Part shown: positions 8,093 to 16,329 of the stretch, piece by piece | How positions within the stretch are numbered: position 1 is the first letter of the stretch | How the letters are laid out: each line of letters starts with the position of its first letter | Origin: a virus | Taxonomy: Duplodnaviria; Caudoviricetes | Reading direction: 5' to 3' (one strand) | Virus record (IMG/VR): IMGVR_UViG_3300020379_000508 | Coordinates: 1-24,037 of that record | DNA length: 24,037 nt | The notes under the pieces: model-generated | Seen by the model: only the letters and a program-made list of their open reading frames with translations | What the model was told of the DNA's origin: nothing | The model's database searches: none | Position numbers and translations under genes: made by a program

Positions 8093-8266
8093 ATGAAAAA
8101 CTTGAAATCTAACGAAGTAATTAATCTAATATCTCAAAAAGTCAAATTGAAGAGAGAACTTCGTTCATTCAAACAAAGCGGTGACAACCGCAAAGCAGAA
8201 GTCGTTTTACTTAAAATAGACCAAATAAACGAAAAACTACACTCACGCCCGCTCTCAAAAAACTAA
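8093..8266 (+). CDS. Small basic hypothetical protein (57 aa, not in the ORF track)
   Basis: Manual translation MKNLKSNEVINLISQKVKLKRELRSFKQSGDNRKAEVVLLKIDQINEKLHSRPLSKN*; fills the gap between two late-promoter motifs. Confidence 0.65.
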   Translation: MKNLKSNEVINLISQKVKLKRELRSFKQSGDNRKAEVVLLKIDQINEKLHSRPLSKN

Positions 8267-8269
8267 ATA
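8262..8269 (+). promoter_or_regulatory. T4-type late promoter variant ACTAAATA
   Basis: Overlaps stop of 8093 ORF; followed by AGGGGG SD and ATG 8291. Confidence 0.55.
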
Positions 8270-8290
8270 GTAGTATCACAGGGGGATATT

Positions 8291-8656
8291 ATGGGTGTAA
8301 ATACAGATTGTAAAAACGAAAATCTAGGTTTTAAAGATTATTTTCAACAGTTGAAAAATGCCTTATTAGCAGTCAAAGATGACATTCTACTCGATGAAGA
8401 ACTAACTGCAAACGGTTATACTACAACTACCAGTAGAGGATTGAGGGGTTTCATGGATAATTGGAGAACCGATAATCCTACATCAGATGGCACTGCAAAT
8501 GATAATGATGCGATATTGTATGAATTGTGGCAGTTTTGCGAATCTAAAACTGACGATGAATTGTATGCTTTATCACCACATTACGACTCTATCATTGCAG
8601 AATTCCAAACTAAAATAGATCATTACCAAGCTTTGATTGACGGTGGCGAAGATTAA
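8291..8656 (+). CDS. Hypothetical acidic protein
   Basis: 121 aa, good SD, no recognised motif. Confidence 0.8.
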   Translation: MGVNTDCKNENLGFKDYFQQLKNALLAVKDDILLDEELTANGYTTTTSRGLRGFMDNWRTDNPTSDGTANDNDAILYELWQFCESKTDDELYALSPHYDSIIAEFQTKIDHYQALIDGGED

Positions 8657-8665
8657 TACAATGTT

Positions 8666-9877
8666 ATGGCAGTCAAAAACTTACATTTAGAACATCTAGA
8701 AGACGAAATCATCAATAATGGTATTGATGGTGGTCGTGCAGCTATCAACTTTGTAAGATCACTTAGAGATATGATGAAAGGCAACTCTAAGTCAAAAGTC
8801 AACATGACTGTAAAATGGGATGGTGCGCCAGCAATATGGGCAGGAAAACATCCAGAAGACGGCAGATTCTTTGTCGCAAAGAAATCACTATTCAATAAAA
8901 CAGAACCACTTTTCTACACATCAGAATCAGAAATCAAAAACGCATCAGAGTTATCTGGTGATCTAGAAACTAAGTTCTTAGAATCATACAAGTATCTATC
9001 AAAATTATCATGGGGTGATAATATATTTCAAGGTGATCTAATGTTTACAGATAGTGATAAGAAAGAACAAACAATAGACGATGTAGACTATATCACATTT
9101 CAACCTAACACAATACTCTATGCAATACAAAAAGACAGTAAATTAGGTCAAACAATTGACAACGCAAAATACGGAATAGTATTTCATACATCATATTCTG
9201 GTGGCACCATTGAAGATTTAAGTGCCAGTTTTGGCGTAGATATATCTACACTTGGAGCCTCCAACGATATCTGGTTAGATGATGCATCATACAAAGATGT
9301 ATCAGGTAATTCTACATTGACTGCAAAAGAAACTCTTACATTAACAAAGTCATTGACAAATACAGGTAAAGCATTTCAAAAAATTAAACGAGCAACACTG
9401 ATTAAGTTTCAAAAAGTGCAAGAAACTATTGCAACAAAAGGTGCAGGCGCCACATACAAAACATATGTCAATGCACAGATTCGTAAAGGTAAATTTGATT
9501 TATCTTACAAGGCATATCTAAAACATTTTGATGACTATTGGAAGAAAAGTGTAGTTGGTAAAGTCAAGTTAGAAAAAACAAAAGAACAAAAAAGACAAAT
9601 GGGCAAACAACTAAGAAGTGAATTACTTTCGATGAGAGTTTTTATAGATGCATTGACCATATTTCAAACTGAATTAGTAATTGCAAAAGATGTAGTGATA
9701 AAAGGTTTAAACAAGGCAAAATCAGTTGGCACATTTGTAAGAACAGACACAGGATTAAAGACTGTAAATCCAGAAGGATATGTTGCGATTGATAAAGAGG
9801 GTAAGGCAGTGAAGTTGGTAGATCGTATGGAGTTCTCACTAAATAACTTTACAGTTGCTAAAAATTGGGACAAGTAA
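8666..9877 (+). CDS. RNA-ligase-like covalent nucleotidyltransferase-fold protein (DUF6267-like)
   Basis: HLEHLED N-terminus; motif I VKWDGAPA (KxDG), III FQGDLMF, IIIa VFHT, IV PEGYV, V VKLVDR, in the order expected for the ligase/capping superfamily. Confidence 0.75.
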   Translation: MAVKNLHLEHLEDEIINNGIDGGRAAINFVRSLRDMMKGNSKSKVNMTVKWDGAPAIWAGKHPEDGRFFVAKKSLFNKTEPLFYTSESEIKNASELSGDLETKFLESYKYLSKLSWGDNIFQGDLMFTDSDKKEQTIDDVDYITFQPNTILYAIQKDSKLGQTIDNAKYGIVFHTSYSGGTIEDLSASFGVDISTLGASNDIWLDDASYKDVSGNSTLTAKETLTLTKSLTNTGKAFQKIKRATLIKFQKVQETIATKGAGATYKTYVNAQIRKGKFDLSYKAYLKHFDDYWKKSVVGKVKLEKTKEQKRQMGKQLRSELLSMRVFIDALTIFQTELVIAKDVVIKGLNKAKSVGTFVRTDTGLKTVNPEGYVAIDKEGKAVKLVDRMEFSLNNFTVAKNWDK

Positions 9878-10635
9878 TGCATAGTTTTCTAGAATACTTA
9901 ACAGACGAATTGACAACCATACTTGCAGAGGCAGGTGGTGCAGCTGCTGGTAAGTTAGAAGTATTATCTACATCTCTAAACATTGCAAGAAGTTTTGCAG
10001 AAAAAAAATTCAGTGCAAATAATTTAGAATTAGACAAAGAACTTCCTAATTTTGATAAGAATTACACACTCGCACAGAGACAGGCAAAATTAGGATTCGC
10101 AAAAAGAAAAGATATGCCTGTAATTTCTAACAACGATGTAAAATTATTACAAAAAAGATTATCAAAAGGCACTATAGACATAAACAAACCTTTTGCAAAG
10201 AATGATCTTCCTGACGACCCATATCCAGATGGATTGACTAAAGATACAGGTAAAGTATGGGTTAGTAGTGGTCTTAAAAAAAATGATGGCGATGCAAAAG
10301 ACGATATAGTAAAAGTATCAAATGAGAGAATTGCAGTTGGTAATTTAAAACCAATACAGGCACAAATATACTTTGATAAATCTATCAAAAAGGTATCTAA
10401 AAGTGGTGTAGAATCTTCTAAAAACTTTTTGACATCAAAGTTTAATAACTTTGTAGTTTCAAAAGATAACAGAATTATAGATGGCCATCATAGATTCTTG
10501 ACAACTGTTTTAATTGACCCAAAGATTAAAGTTAATTGTTTGAAGATAGATTTGCCTATCAAAGAATTATTACCATTGACACTTACATATACAGATGCGA
10601 TAGGAAATGTTAGAAACGAGGAAAAGAATAAATGA
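9877..10635 (+). CDS. ParB/Srx-like domain protein with capsid-targeting-like N-terminus
   Basis: LKPIQAQI...VVSKDNRIIDGHHRF ParB-N signature; N-terminus MHSFLEYLTDE...ILAE; start 9877 from TAATG coupling. Confidence 0.75.
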   Translation: MHSFLEYLTDELTTILAEAGGAAAGKLEVLSTSLNIARSFAEKKFSANNLELDKELPNFDKNYTLAQRQAKLGFAKRKDMPVISNNDVKLLQKRLSKGTIDINKPFAKNDLPDDPYPDGLTKDTGKVWVSSGLKKNDGDAKDDIVKVSNERIAVGNLKPIQAQIYFDKSIKKVSKSGVESSKNFLTSKFNNFVVSKDNRIIDGHHRFLTTVLIDPKIKVNCLKIDLPIKELLPLTLTYTDAIGNVRNEEKNK

Positions 10636-11927
10636 AAACATTTACAAGATTTTTAGCCGAAGCAAAAGATAGACCAGCAGTCTTTTCTTTTGGTCGTTTT
10701 AATCCTCCTACAACAGGTCATGCAAAACTAGCAGACAGACTATCTAAAGTTGCAAGAACAGCAGGTGGTGACCCTATAATATTTTCTTCACATTCTAACG
10801 ACAAGAAAAAGAATCCTTTACCACACAAAGTCAAAGTAAAATATCTCAGAAAGTTTTTTGGTAGAAAGATAGGTGTGCCAGATATAAGTGCGAGAACTGT
10901 ATTTGATATTGCAGTTGCATTATATAATCAAGGATACAGAGACATATACATGGTCGTAGGTTCAGATAGAATCAAAGAGTTCGATACATTACTAAACAAG
11001 TATAACTCAGTAAAAGGTCGACATGGTTTCTATAAATTTGATACTATACAGATAGTCAGTGCAGGTGAAAGAGATGCAGATGCAGACGATGTTTCAGGCA
11101 TGAGTGCAAGTAAGATGAGGGCATTTGCTGACAAAGGTGACTTTGATTCATTTAAACAAGGTGTGCCATCAAAAAATGCCAGAGAGGCACAACAATTATA
11201 TAAAGATGTTCGTAAAGGTATGGGCATCGCAGAAGGAACATTACCTGAATATATGATGGAAGACTTGATTACAGAGGGTGTATATGACCCAGGTATATTC
11301 AAGGCAGTATTTCTCATGGGTGGTCCTGGTTCTGGTAAATCTACAGTTGTCGATGGTCTATCATTATCAACACTAGGTCTTAAAAAGGTAAACTCAGATA
11401 GAGCATTTGAAATAGGTTTGAAAAAGGCAGGTCTTAGTTTAGATTTGAGAAAGACGCCTGAACCAGTCAAAGAACCTATCAGAGCAAAGGCAAAAGGTTT
11501 GACAGCAGCTCAGTTAGATGGTTATCTTGCAGGTCGATTAGGTGTCATCTTCGATACAACATCAGCAAACACAGCTAAAATCAAAAAGTATAAGAAAAAC
11601 TTAGATGCATTAGGTTATGAATCTAAAATGATCTTTGTAAATACAAGTTTAGAGTTCGCACAACAGAGAAACGAGGCAAGACCTAGAAAACTTGCACCTG
11701 CAATTGTTCAACAAGAATGGGAAAAAGTGCAGAAGAATATGAAAACTATGGTAACATTGTTTGGTAGAGATTTCATGACAATAACAAATGATGACACATT
11801 CGAGGCATTACAGTTGAAAACAAATAGATTATATGGTAAGATGATGACATGGGTTTCATCGTTTCCTGGTAATAAGACCGCAACTGCATGGAAAGAGGCA
11901 CAATTAAATTTAAAAAAGAATAAATAG
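10632..11927 (+). CDS. HIGH-superfamily (cytidyltransferase-like) nucleotidyltransferase fused to a P-loop kinase (zeta-toxin/AAA_33-like)
   Basis: FGRFNPPTTGH, KNPL, VVGSDR, SAGERD, MSASKMR; second domain AVFLMGGPGSGKS, VNSD, IFDTT, RNEARPR; N-terminus MKTFTRFLAE. Confidence 0.85.
   Translation: MKTFTRFLAEAKDRPAVFSFGRFNPPTTGHAKLADRLSKVARTAGGDPIIFSSHSNDKKKNPLPHKVKVKYLRKFFGRKIGVPDISARTVFDIAVALYNQGYRDIYMVVGSDRIKEFDTLLNKYNSVKGRHGFYKFDTIQIVSAGERDADADDVSGMSASKMRAFADKGDFDSFKQGVPSKNAREAQQLYKDVRKGMGIAEGTLPEYMMEDLITEGVYDPGIFKAVFLMGGPGSGKSTVVDGLSLSTLGLKKVNSDRAFEIGLKKAGLSLDLRKTPEPVKEPIRAKAKGLTAAQLDGYLAGRLGVIFDTTSANTAKIKKYKKNLDALGYESKMIFVNTSLEFAQQRNEARPRKLAPAIVQQEWEKVQKNMKTMVTLFGRDFMTITNDDTFEALQLKTNRLYGKMMTWVSSFPGNKTATAWKEAQLNLKKNK
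11919..11926 (+). promoter_or_regulatory. T4-type late promoter variant AATAAATA
   Basis: 5 nt before ATG 11932; no SD. Confidence 0.6.
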
Positions 11928-11931
11928 TAAT

Positions 11932-13428
11932 ATGGACAGATTAAATTTATTAAGAGAAAAAATACGCAGAGTCGCACAAGATCAAGATGTCGATGATAAA
12001 AAAGGAACTCAACCTAAAAAATACTACTCAGGCGTAAAGAAAGACAAGAAAGATGCCAGAGATGCACACTTCAAGAGAGGTGCAAGTATGTCTGATGATA
12101 ATCCAGCCGCTTACAAACCTGCACCAGGTGATAAAGATAAAGATGGTAAGATGAAGAAAACAAAACCATCTAAACACACTAACAAGTTCAAACAAATGTA
12201 TGGTGAGATGGTCAAAGAGGTTTTTCTGCCATATAATGAACCATGGAATGATAATGTAGGATTTCACGGAACTTTAGGTCTCTTAAAAGATACAAAATCT
12301 AAAAAGAATGCCGCCAAATATATAGAAAAGTTAGCAAAAAAACATAAAGTTAATTTTAAAGTAGATGGTCGAGGACAAAAACAGTTTGTATATCTTAAAT
12401 CAAAAGACCAGAAGGCAGTCGATAAGTTAAAAAAAGAATTAATGAAAAACAAAAAACTTATGGATGCTCTGAATACAATTGGTGGAGTTTTTAAAGAAGA
12501 GATAGAAATAAACGAAGTCACATTCAGTAATCCTGATGCAACAGAGGCAGATGCATTACCACCAAAAATAGTAAATCGATTTGTCAAAGAATACAAGAAC
12601 GCAGACAAACTACAAAATCTAATTATCAGAACTAAATCTAAGGTTAGAGGTTCAGAACAAAGCGAAACATTAAATGATCTAAACAAAAAGACTAGAGACT
12701 TTAAGTTTGCATTATCTGACTGTATAGAAACAGGTTCTACTATTGTTATGGATTATACACCAGACGGTGATGATCTATATGAGGGTAAACTTGTCACAGG
12801 TGTTGACCAAGTTCTTGGTGTAATTTCTAAGAAACTTAAATCTGAAATGGGTAAAAGATATAAATCGAATGCTGAAACAGGTATGAAATTTATTAATCAA
12901 CTTGCAAAGATGGTTGGCATGACTGCATCTGATAAGAAACAAGAAAAAGGTAAAATGTTTTTAAAAATGTCTGAACAAGTAGACGAGGCATGTTGGGATA
13001 CACATAAACAAGTCGGATTGAAAAAGAAAGGTAATAAAATGGTGCCAAATTGTGTGCCAAAAAACGAAGCTTCTTCACGAGCTCAACAAGCTGCAATTGC
13101 AATCGCAAAGAAAAAATCTGGTAAATATGATAAAGATGGTAACAGATTAGATGAAGCAGATATTAAAAAACAATTAAAAAAGATTAAAGGCATTTCTAAA
13201 AAACAATTAGAAATATTAATGACCATACCACAACCAACACTTATGACTATGATTCAACAATTATCTACACTAAGCATGAGTGAGAAATTAAACCCTAACA
13301 AAGATGATGCAGGTGATTACATAGATGATTTCAGAAAGTCAGATGAACCTCAGTTTAAGGGTAAATCTGATGCAAAGATTAGAAAGATGGCGATAGCAGC
13401 TTATCTAGATGCGAAGGATAAAAAGTGA
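11932..13428 (+). CDS. Lys-rich modular protein, probable internal head (packaged) polyprotein
   Basis: Distinct modules (QPKKYYSG...KTKPSKHT; CWDTHKQVG..VPNCVP; DYIDDFRKSD.PQFKGKS..RKMAIAAY) separated by INE, LYE, VDE, KNE, LDE and MSE motifs. Confidence 0.7.
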   Translation: MDRLNLLREKIRRVAQDQDVDDKKGTQPKKYYSGVKKDKKDARDAHFKRGASMSDDNPAAYKPAPGDKDKDGKMKKTKPSKHTNKFKQMYGEMVKEVFLPYNEPWNDNVGFHGTLGLLKDTKSKKNAAKYIEKLAKKHKVNFKVDGRGQKQFVYLKSKDQKAVDKLKKELMKNKKLMDALNTIGGVFKEEIEINEVTFSNPDATEADALPPKIVNRFVKEYKNADKLQNLIIRTKSKVRGSEQSETLNDLNKKTRDFKFALSDCIETGSTIVMDYTPDGDDLYEGKLVTGVDQVLGVISKKLKSEMGKRYKSNAETGMKFINQLAKMVGMTASDKKQEKGKMFLKMSEQVDEACWDTHKQVGLKKKGNKMVPNCVPKNEASSRAQQAAIAIAKKKSGKYDKDGNRLDEADIKKQLKKIKGISKKQLEILMTIPQPTLMTMIQQLSTLSMSEKLNPNKDDAGDYIDDFRKSDEPQFKGKSDAKIRKMAIAAYLDAKDKK

Positions 13429-13835
13429 AATCATTTAGAGAATTCAATCAAGATGCAGAGTTAGACGAAAGAGTTGACTCTATGATGACTCGTCTCAAAA
13501 GGGCAAAAGCTGCCAGAAAAAATCGTGCCAAAATGAAAATGGGTGCTAAGAGGGCGAGAAAAAAAATCAAGATAGATAGAAAGACTCTTATGAAAAGAGC
13601 AATGAAACAGGCAAGAAACAAACTTGCAAAGAAAAGACTCAAAGGTGCAAAGTTGACTGATCTAGGATTAGGTCAAAAGATTGCACTCAGTAAATTCTTA
13701 GATAAGAAATCAGGTAAGATTGCTAAGATTGCAAAACGACTTGTTAAAGGTATCAGACAAAAAGAAATGCAGAAGAAAAGAAAACCAATAGATAAAGCAA
13801 ATAAGTCTGGTATACCAATAAAAGGAAAATCATGA
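13425..13835 (+). CDS. Highly basic protein with capsid-targeting-like N-terminus; putative DNA-condensing internal protein
   Basis: GTG start with AAGGA SD; MKSFREFNQDAELDE followed by an extremely K/R-rich body. Confidence 0.75.
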   Translation: MKSFREFNQDAELDERVDSMMTRLKRAKAARKNRAKMKMGAKRARKKIKIDRKTLMKRAMKQARNKLAKKRLKGAKLTDLGLGQKIALSKFLDKKSGKIAKIAKRLVKGIRQKEMQKKRKPIDKANKSGIPIKGKS

Positions 13836-14371
13836 TTATCAAAACATTCAAAGACATTGCAATAGACGAAACTCTAAAAGATATGCAAGAGAATAAGACA
13901 AATCTCTTAGACAATCCTTTCAGACTAGGTTCTATGATGTATTTCGAAGTCATAAAAGAGGCGAGAAAACTCGTTGCAGAGAAAAAATACAGATTAACAG
14001 AAATAGATGGTCTGATCTTAGAGACTGATTTAGGTGAATACGAGGTCTATGAGGGCGAACTAGTGCCTTTAGATTGTCCTATGATGTCCATACATGAAGA
14101 AGAAGACAAACCGATAGGCAAACCTAAGAAAGGTGGTCCTAAAAAGTTTTATGTATATGTCAAAGACGGTGACAAAGTAAAGAAAGTCACATTCGGCGAT
14201 ACATCGGGTTTGAGTGTTAAGTTTAGTGATAAAGGTGCAAGAGCATCTTATGTTGCAAGACATAACTGTGACACTGCAAACGATAAAACAACACCAGGAT
14301 ATTGGTCTTGCAGACTACCTCGATATGCAAAGCAGTTAGGGTTGTCTGGCGGAGGCTCTTTTTTCTGGTAA
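13832..14371 (+). CDS. Conserved phage protein with C-terminal KFYVYV..KVTFGD..ARHNC..GYWSC module
   Basis: N-terminus IKTFKDIAIDE; acidic IHEEE junction before a basic His/Cys/Trp module that I recall from marine T4-like phages. Confidence 0.75.
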   Translation: MIIKTFKDIAIDETLKDMQENKTNLLDNPFRLGSMMYFEVIKEARKLVAEKKYRLTEIDGLILETDLGEYEVYEGELVPLDCPMMSIHEEEDKPIGKPKKGGPKKFYVYVKDGDKVKKVTFGDTSGLSVKFSDKGARASYVARHNCDTANDKTTPGYWSCRLPRYAKQLGLSGGGSFFW

Positions 14372-14378
14372 ATAAATA
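14371..14378 (+). promoter_or_regulatory. T4-type late promoter variant AATAAATA
   Basis: 6 nt before ATG 14385. Confidence 0.6.
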
Positions 14379-14384
14379 CTAGAG

Positions 14385-14666
14385 ATGAAACCTTATACAG
14401 ATAGTGTTGAATATCAACACGGAACAAACATGAAATATGTTATCAGAGAGTTTTCTGATGACACAAACGAAGAAGAACTCGTTTGGCACCGTGATAAAAC
14501 AAATAGAAAGGTGCATGTTTTAAGAGGTAATGGTTGGAAATTACAGATGGACGACTCATTACCAGAAGAAATGATTGTGGGGCACGACTATTGGATATCA
14601 AAAATGGTGTATCACAGAATAATTAAAGGAGAAAATGCTCTCGTTTTAAGAATCGAGAACATATAA
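14385..14666 (+). CDS. Cupin-like (double-stranded beta-helix) small protein
   Basis: WHRD...VHVLRGNGWKLQMD...YHRIIKG has the His spacing of cupin metal sites. Confidence 0.65.
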   Translation: MKPYTDSVEYQHGTNMKYVIREFSDDTNEEELVWHRDKTNRKVHVLRGNGWKLQMDDSLPEEMIVGHDYWISKMVYHRIIKGENALVLRIENI

Positions 14667-14669
14667 ATA
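14662..14669 (+). promoter_or_regulatory. T4 late promoter consensus TATAAATA
   Basis: Exact match; overlaps upstream stop; 8 nt before ATG 14678. Confidence 0.75.
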
Positions 14670-14677
14670 ACTATATC

Positions 14678-15067
14678 ATGGCACAGAATACTTGGAAAGA
14701 AAAACTACAAGAGGTCCGTTCTTTTGTTAAAGAATCAGATAAAGTCGAGTCAGTTGTTGAAGAAACACCAGTTGTTTCAGAAGAAACTGATGTAGAAAAT
14801 GAGATCGAGGAACTGCTTAAAGAAGAGTTTGCAGAGACAGAGGCGTCAGAAGAGACATTGGAGTCACTTCAAGAAGAAAGACAAAGACTGCAAGAAGATT
14901 TAAGAGAAGTAGAAAACAAGATTAAAGAACTTGACAAAGGTTCTGTAGAAAAATCAGTCGAAAAACTAGCAGAAAGGAATATGTTAGGTAGACTATCAAA
15001 AACATTAAGACTAAACGAATCAGGAAAACAAAAGTTGTTTGACTATTTCGAAAAAGGGGAACTATAA
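14678..15067 (+). CDS. Acidic coiled-coil protein, possible prohead core/internal protein
   Basis: Very Glu-rich, with heptad-like LQEERQRLQEDLREVENKIKEL and many [LVI]xE motifs. Confidence 0.7.
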   Translation: MAQNTWKEKLQEVRSFVKESDKVESVVEETPVVSEETDVENEIEELLKEEFAETEASEETLESLQEERQRLQEDLREVENKIKELDKGSVEKSVEKLAERNMLGRLSKTLRLNESGKQKLFDYFEKGEL

Positions 15068-15867
15068 TGAGTATACAAGAACTATCTAAATCACTCGTTG
15101 GAGATGTAAGATCAGTTTTAGAAGGAAAAAAACTTGATCCTGTCGGTAAGGCAGATGCAGACATCGATAATGACGGCGATACAGATTCATCTGATGAGTA
15201 TCTAAAGAAAAGAAGAGCCGCTATCGGTCAGGCAATGAAAGACGAGGGTAATGCTTTCACTAAGGCATTAGCAGCTGCTAAAGACAATAACGAAAAGGAA
15301 TTCGTTGTATCAGGTAAAAAATACACTGTAAAAGAAGTTGAAGAACTAGAACCTGAGAAGAAGAAAAAAGAAATCAAAGAACTTGATAAAGAGAAAATGA
15401 AAAAAGACATGAAAGAGTCTTTACTTCCTCTTGTTCAAGAATACGGTATTGAATTAGTTTCTGAGGTATTAGATTCTGTAAAAAAGTTCAGTAGTCTTGA
15501 TGAAGCCGGCCCATTAGGGAGTTTAGGCATCAGACAAGACTTTAAAAGAGATGCAGCTAAAGACGCTAGAGTAGACGCTTACAAAAAGAAAGAAGCTGCC
15601 ATGAAACCTATCGATAAAGAGAAGAGAAAACTTGAACAGATGAGAAAACAAAGAGATGTTCATGATAACGCCGCTTCAAAATACAGAGAGGACGCAGCTA
15701 AAATTAGAGAGAGAAATCCTAACGATAATAACGGTATCGAGGGCGCTGAGATGAAAGCAGAGCGTCAAGAAGAGATGGGTGACGAACTAAACTTTAAAAT
15801 TCAAGACTTAAAAGACAAAATCAAAGAAATGTCAGATAAAGCTAAAAAAATTACAGCGAGAAAATAA
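15067..15867 (+). CDS. Charged coiled-coil protein with an EF-hand-like DxDxDG module; probable internal head protein
   Basis: VLE-GKKLDPVGKADADIDNDGDTDSSDEYLKKRRAAI module; LDE junction before C-terminal coiled coil. Confidence 0.7.
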   Translation: MSIQELSKSLVGDVRSVLEGKKLDPVGKADADIDNDGDTDSSDEYLKKRRAAIGQAMKDEGNAFTKALAAAKDNNEKEFVVSGKKYTVKEVEELEPEKKKKEIKELDKEKMKKDMKESLLPLVQEYGIELVSEVLDSVKKFSSLDEAGPLGSLGIRQDFKRDAAKDARVDAYKKKEAAMKPIDKEKRKLEQMRKQRDVHDNAASKYREDAAKIRERNPNDNNGIEGAEMKAERQEEMGDELNFKIQDLKDKIKEMSDKAKKITARK

Positions 15868-16328
15868 TGCCACACGAAATAGGAACACCAGAATATACAA
15901 AGTATCTACAATCAAAGACTCCAGGCGAGGCAGTAGATACCTATATCAAAGAAGCACAGAAACAAAACAAAAATGCAGTGTCTAATACTGCAAAAGCTTT
16001 TTCACAAGTATTTGACAACCCTTTAAAAGGTTTCCCCTACAATGAAGAGTTCGAAGTTCATTTGAAAGAAGCAACAGAAGAATATCCAGAAGACTTAGAT
16101 GAGAGTGATGCAGATGCATCTCTTAAAAAGAAAGCAGAAAAGACTGGCATGCCCTTTGGTGTTTTAAAACAAGTATTTAAAAGAGGCGTAGCCGCTTGGA
16201 GAACTGGTCATAGACCTGGCACAAACCCAACCCAATGGGGACATGCCAGAGTGAACAGCTTTGCAACAAAGTCAAAAGGAACATGGGGTGGTGCAGATAA
16301 AGATTTAGCCGCCAAAGTAAGAGGGTAA
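15867..16328 (+). CDS. Protein with C-terminal RG.AAWRTGHRPG..QW..ARVNSF module (DUF5824-like)
   Basis: LDE-SDADASLKKKAEKTGMPFGVLKQVFKRGVAAWRTGHRPGTNPTQWGHARVNSF; family recalled from memory. Confidence 0.7.
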   Translation: MPHEIGTPEYTKYLQSKTPGEAVDTYIKEAQKQNKNAVSNTAKAFSQVFDNPLKGFPYNEEFEVHLKEATEEYPEDLDESDADASLKKKAEKTGMPFGVLKQVFKRGVAAWRTGHRPGTNPTQWGHARVNSFATKSKGTWGGADKDLAAKVRG

Positions 16329-16329
16329 T

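Noticed and set aside
14678-15067. Assignment as T4 gp67/gp68/gp22 prohead core protein
   Set aside because: Similarity is compositional only and the gene is not in a portal-protease-capsid gene context
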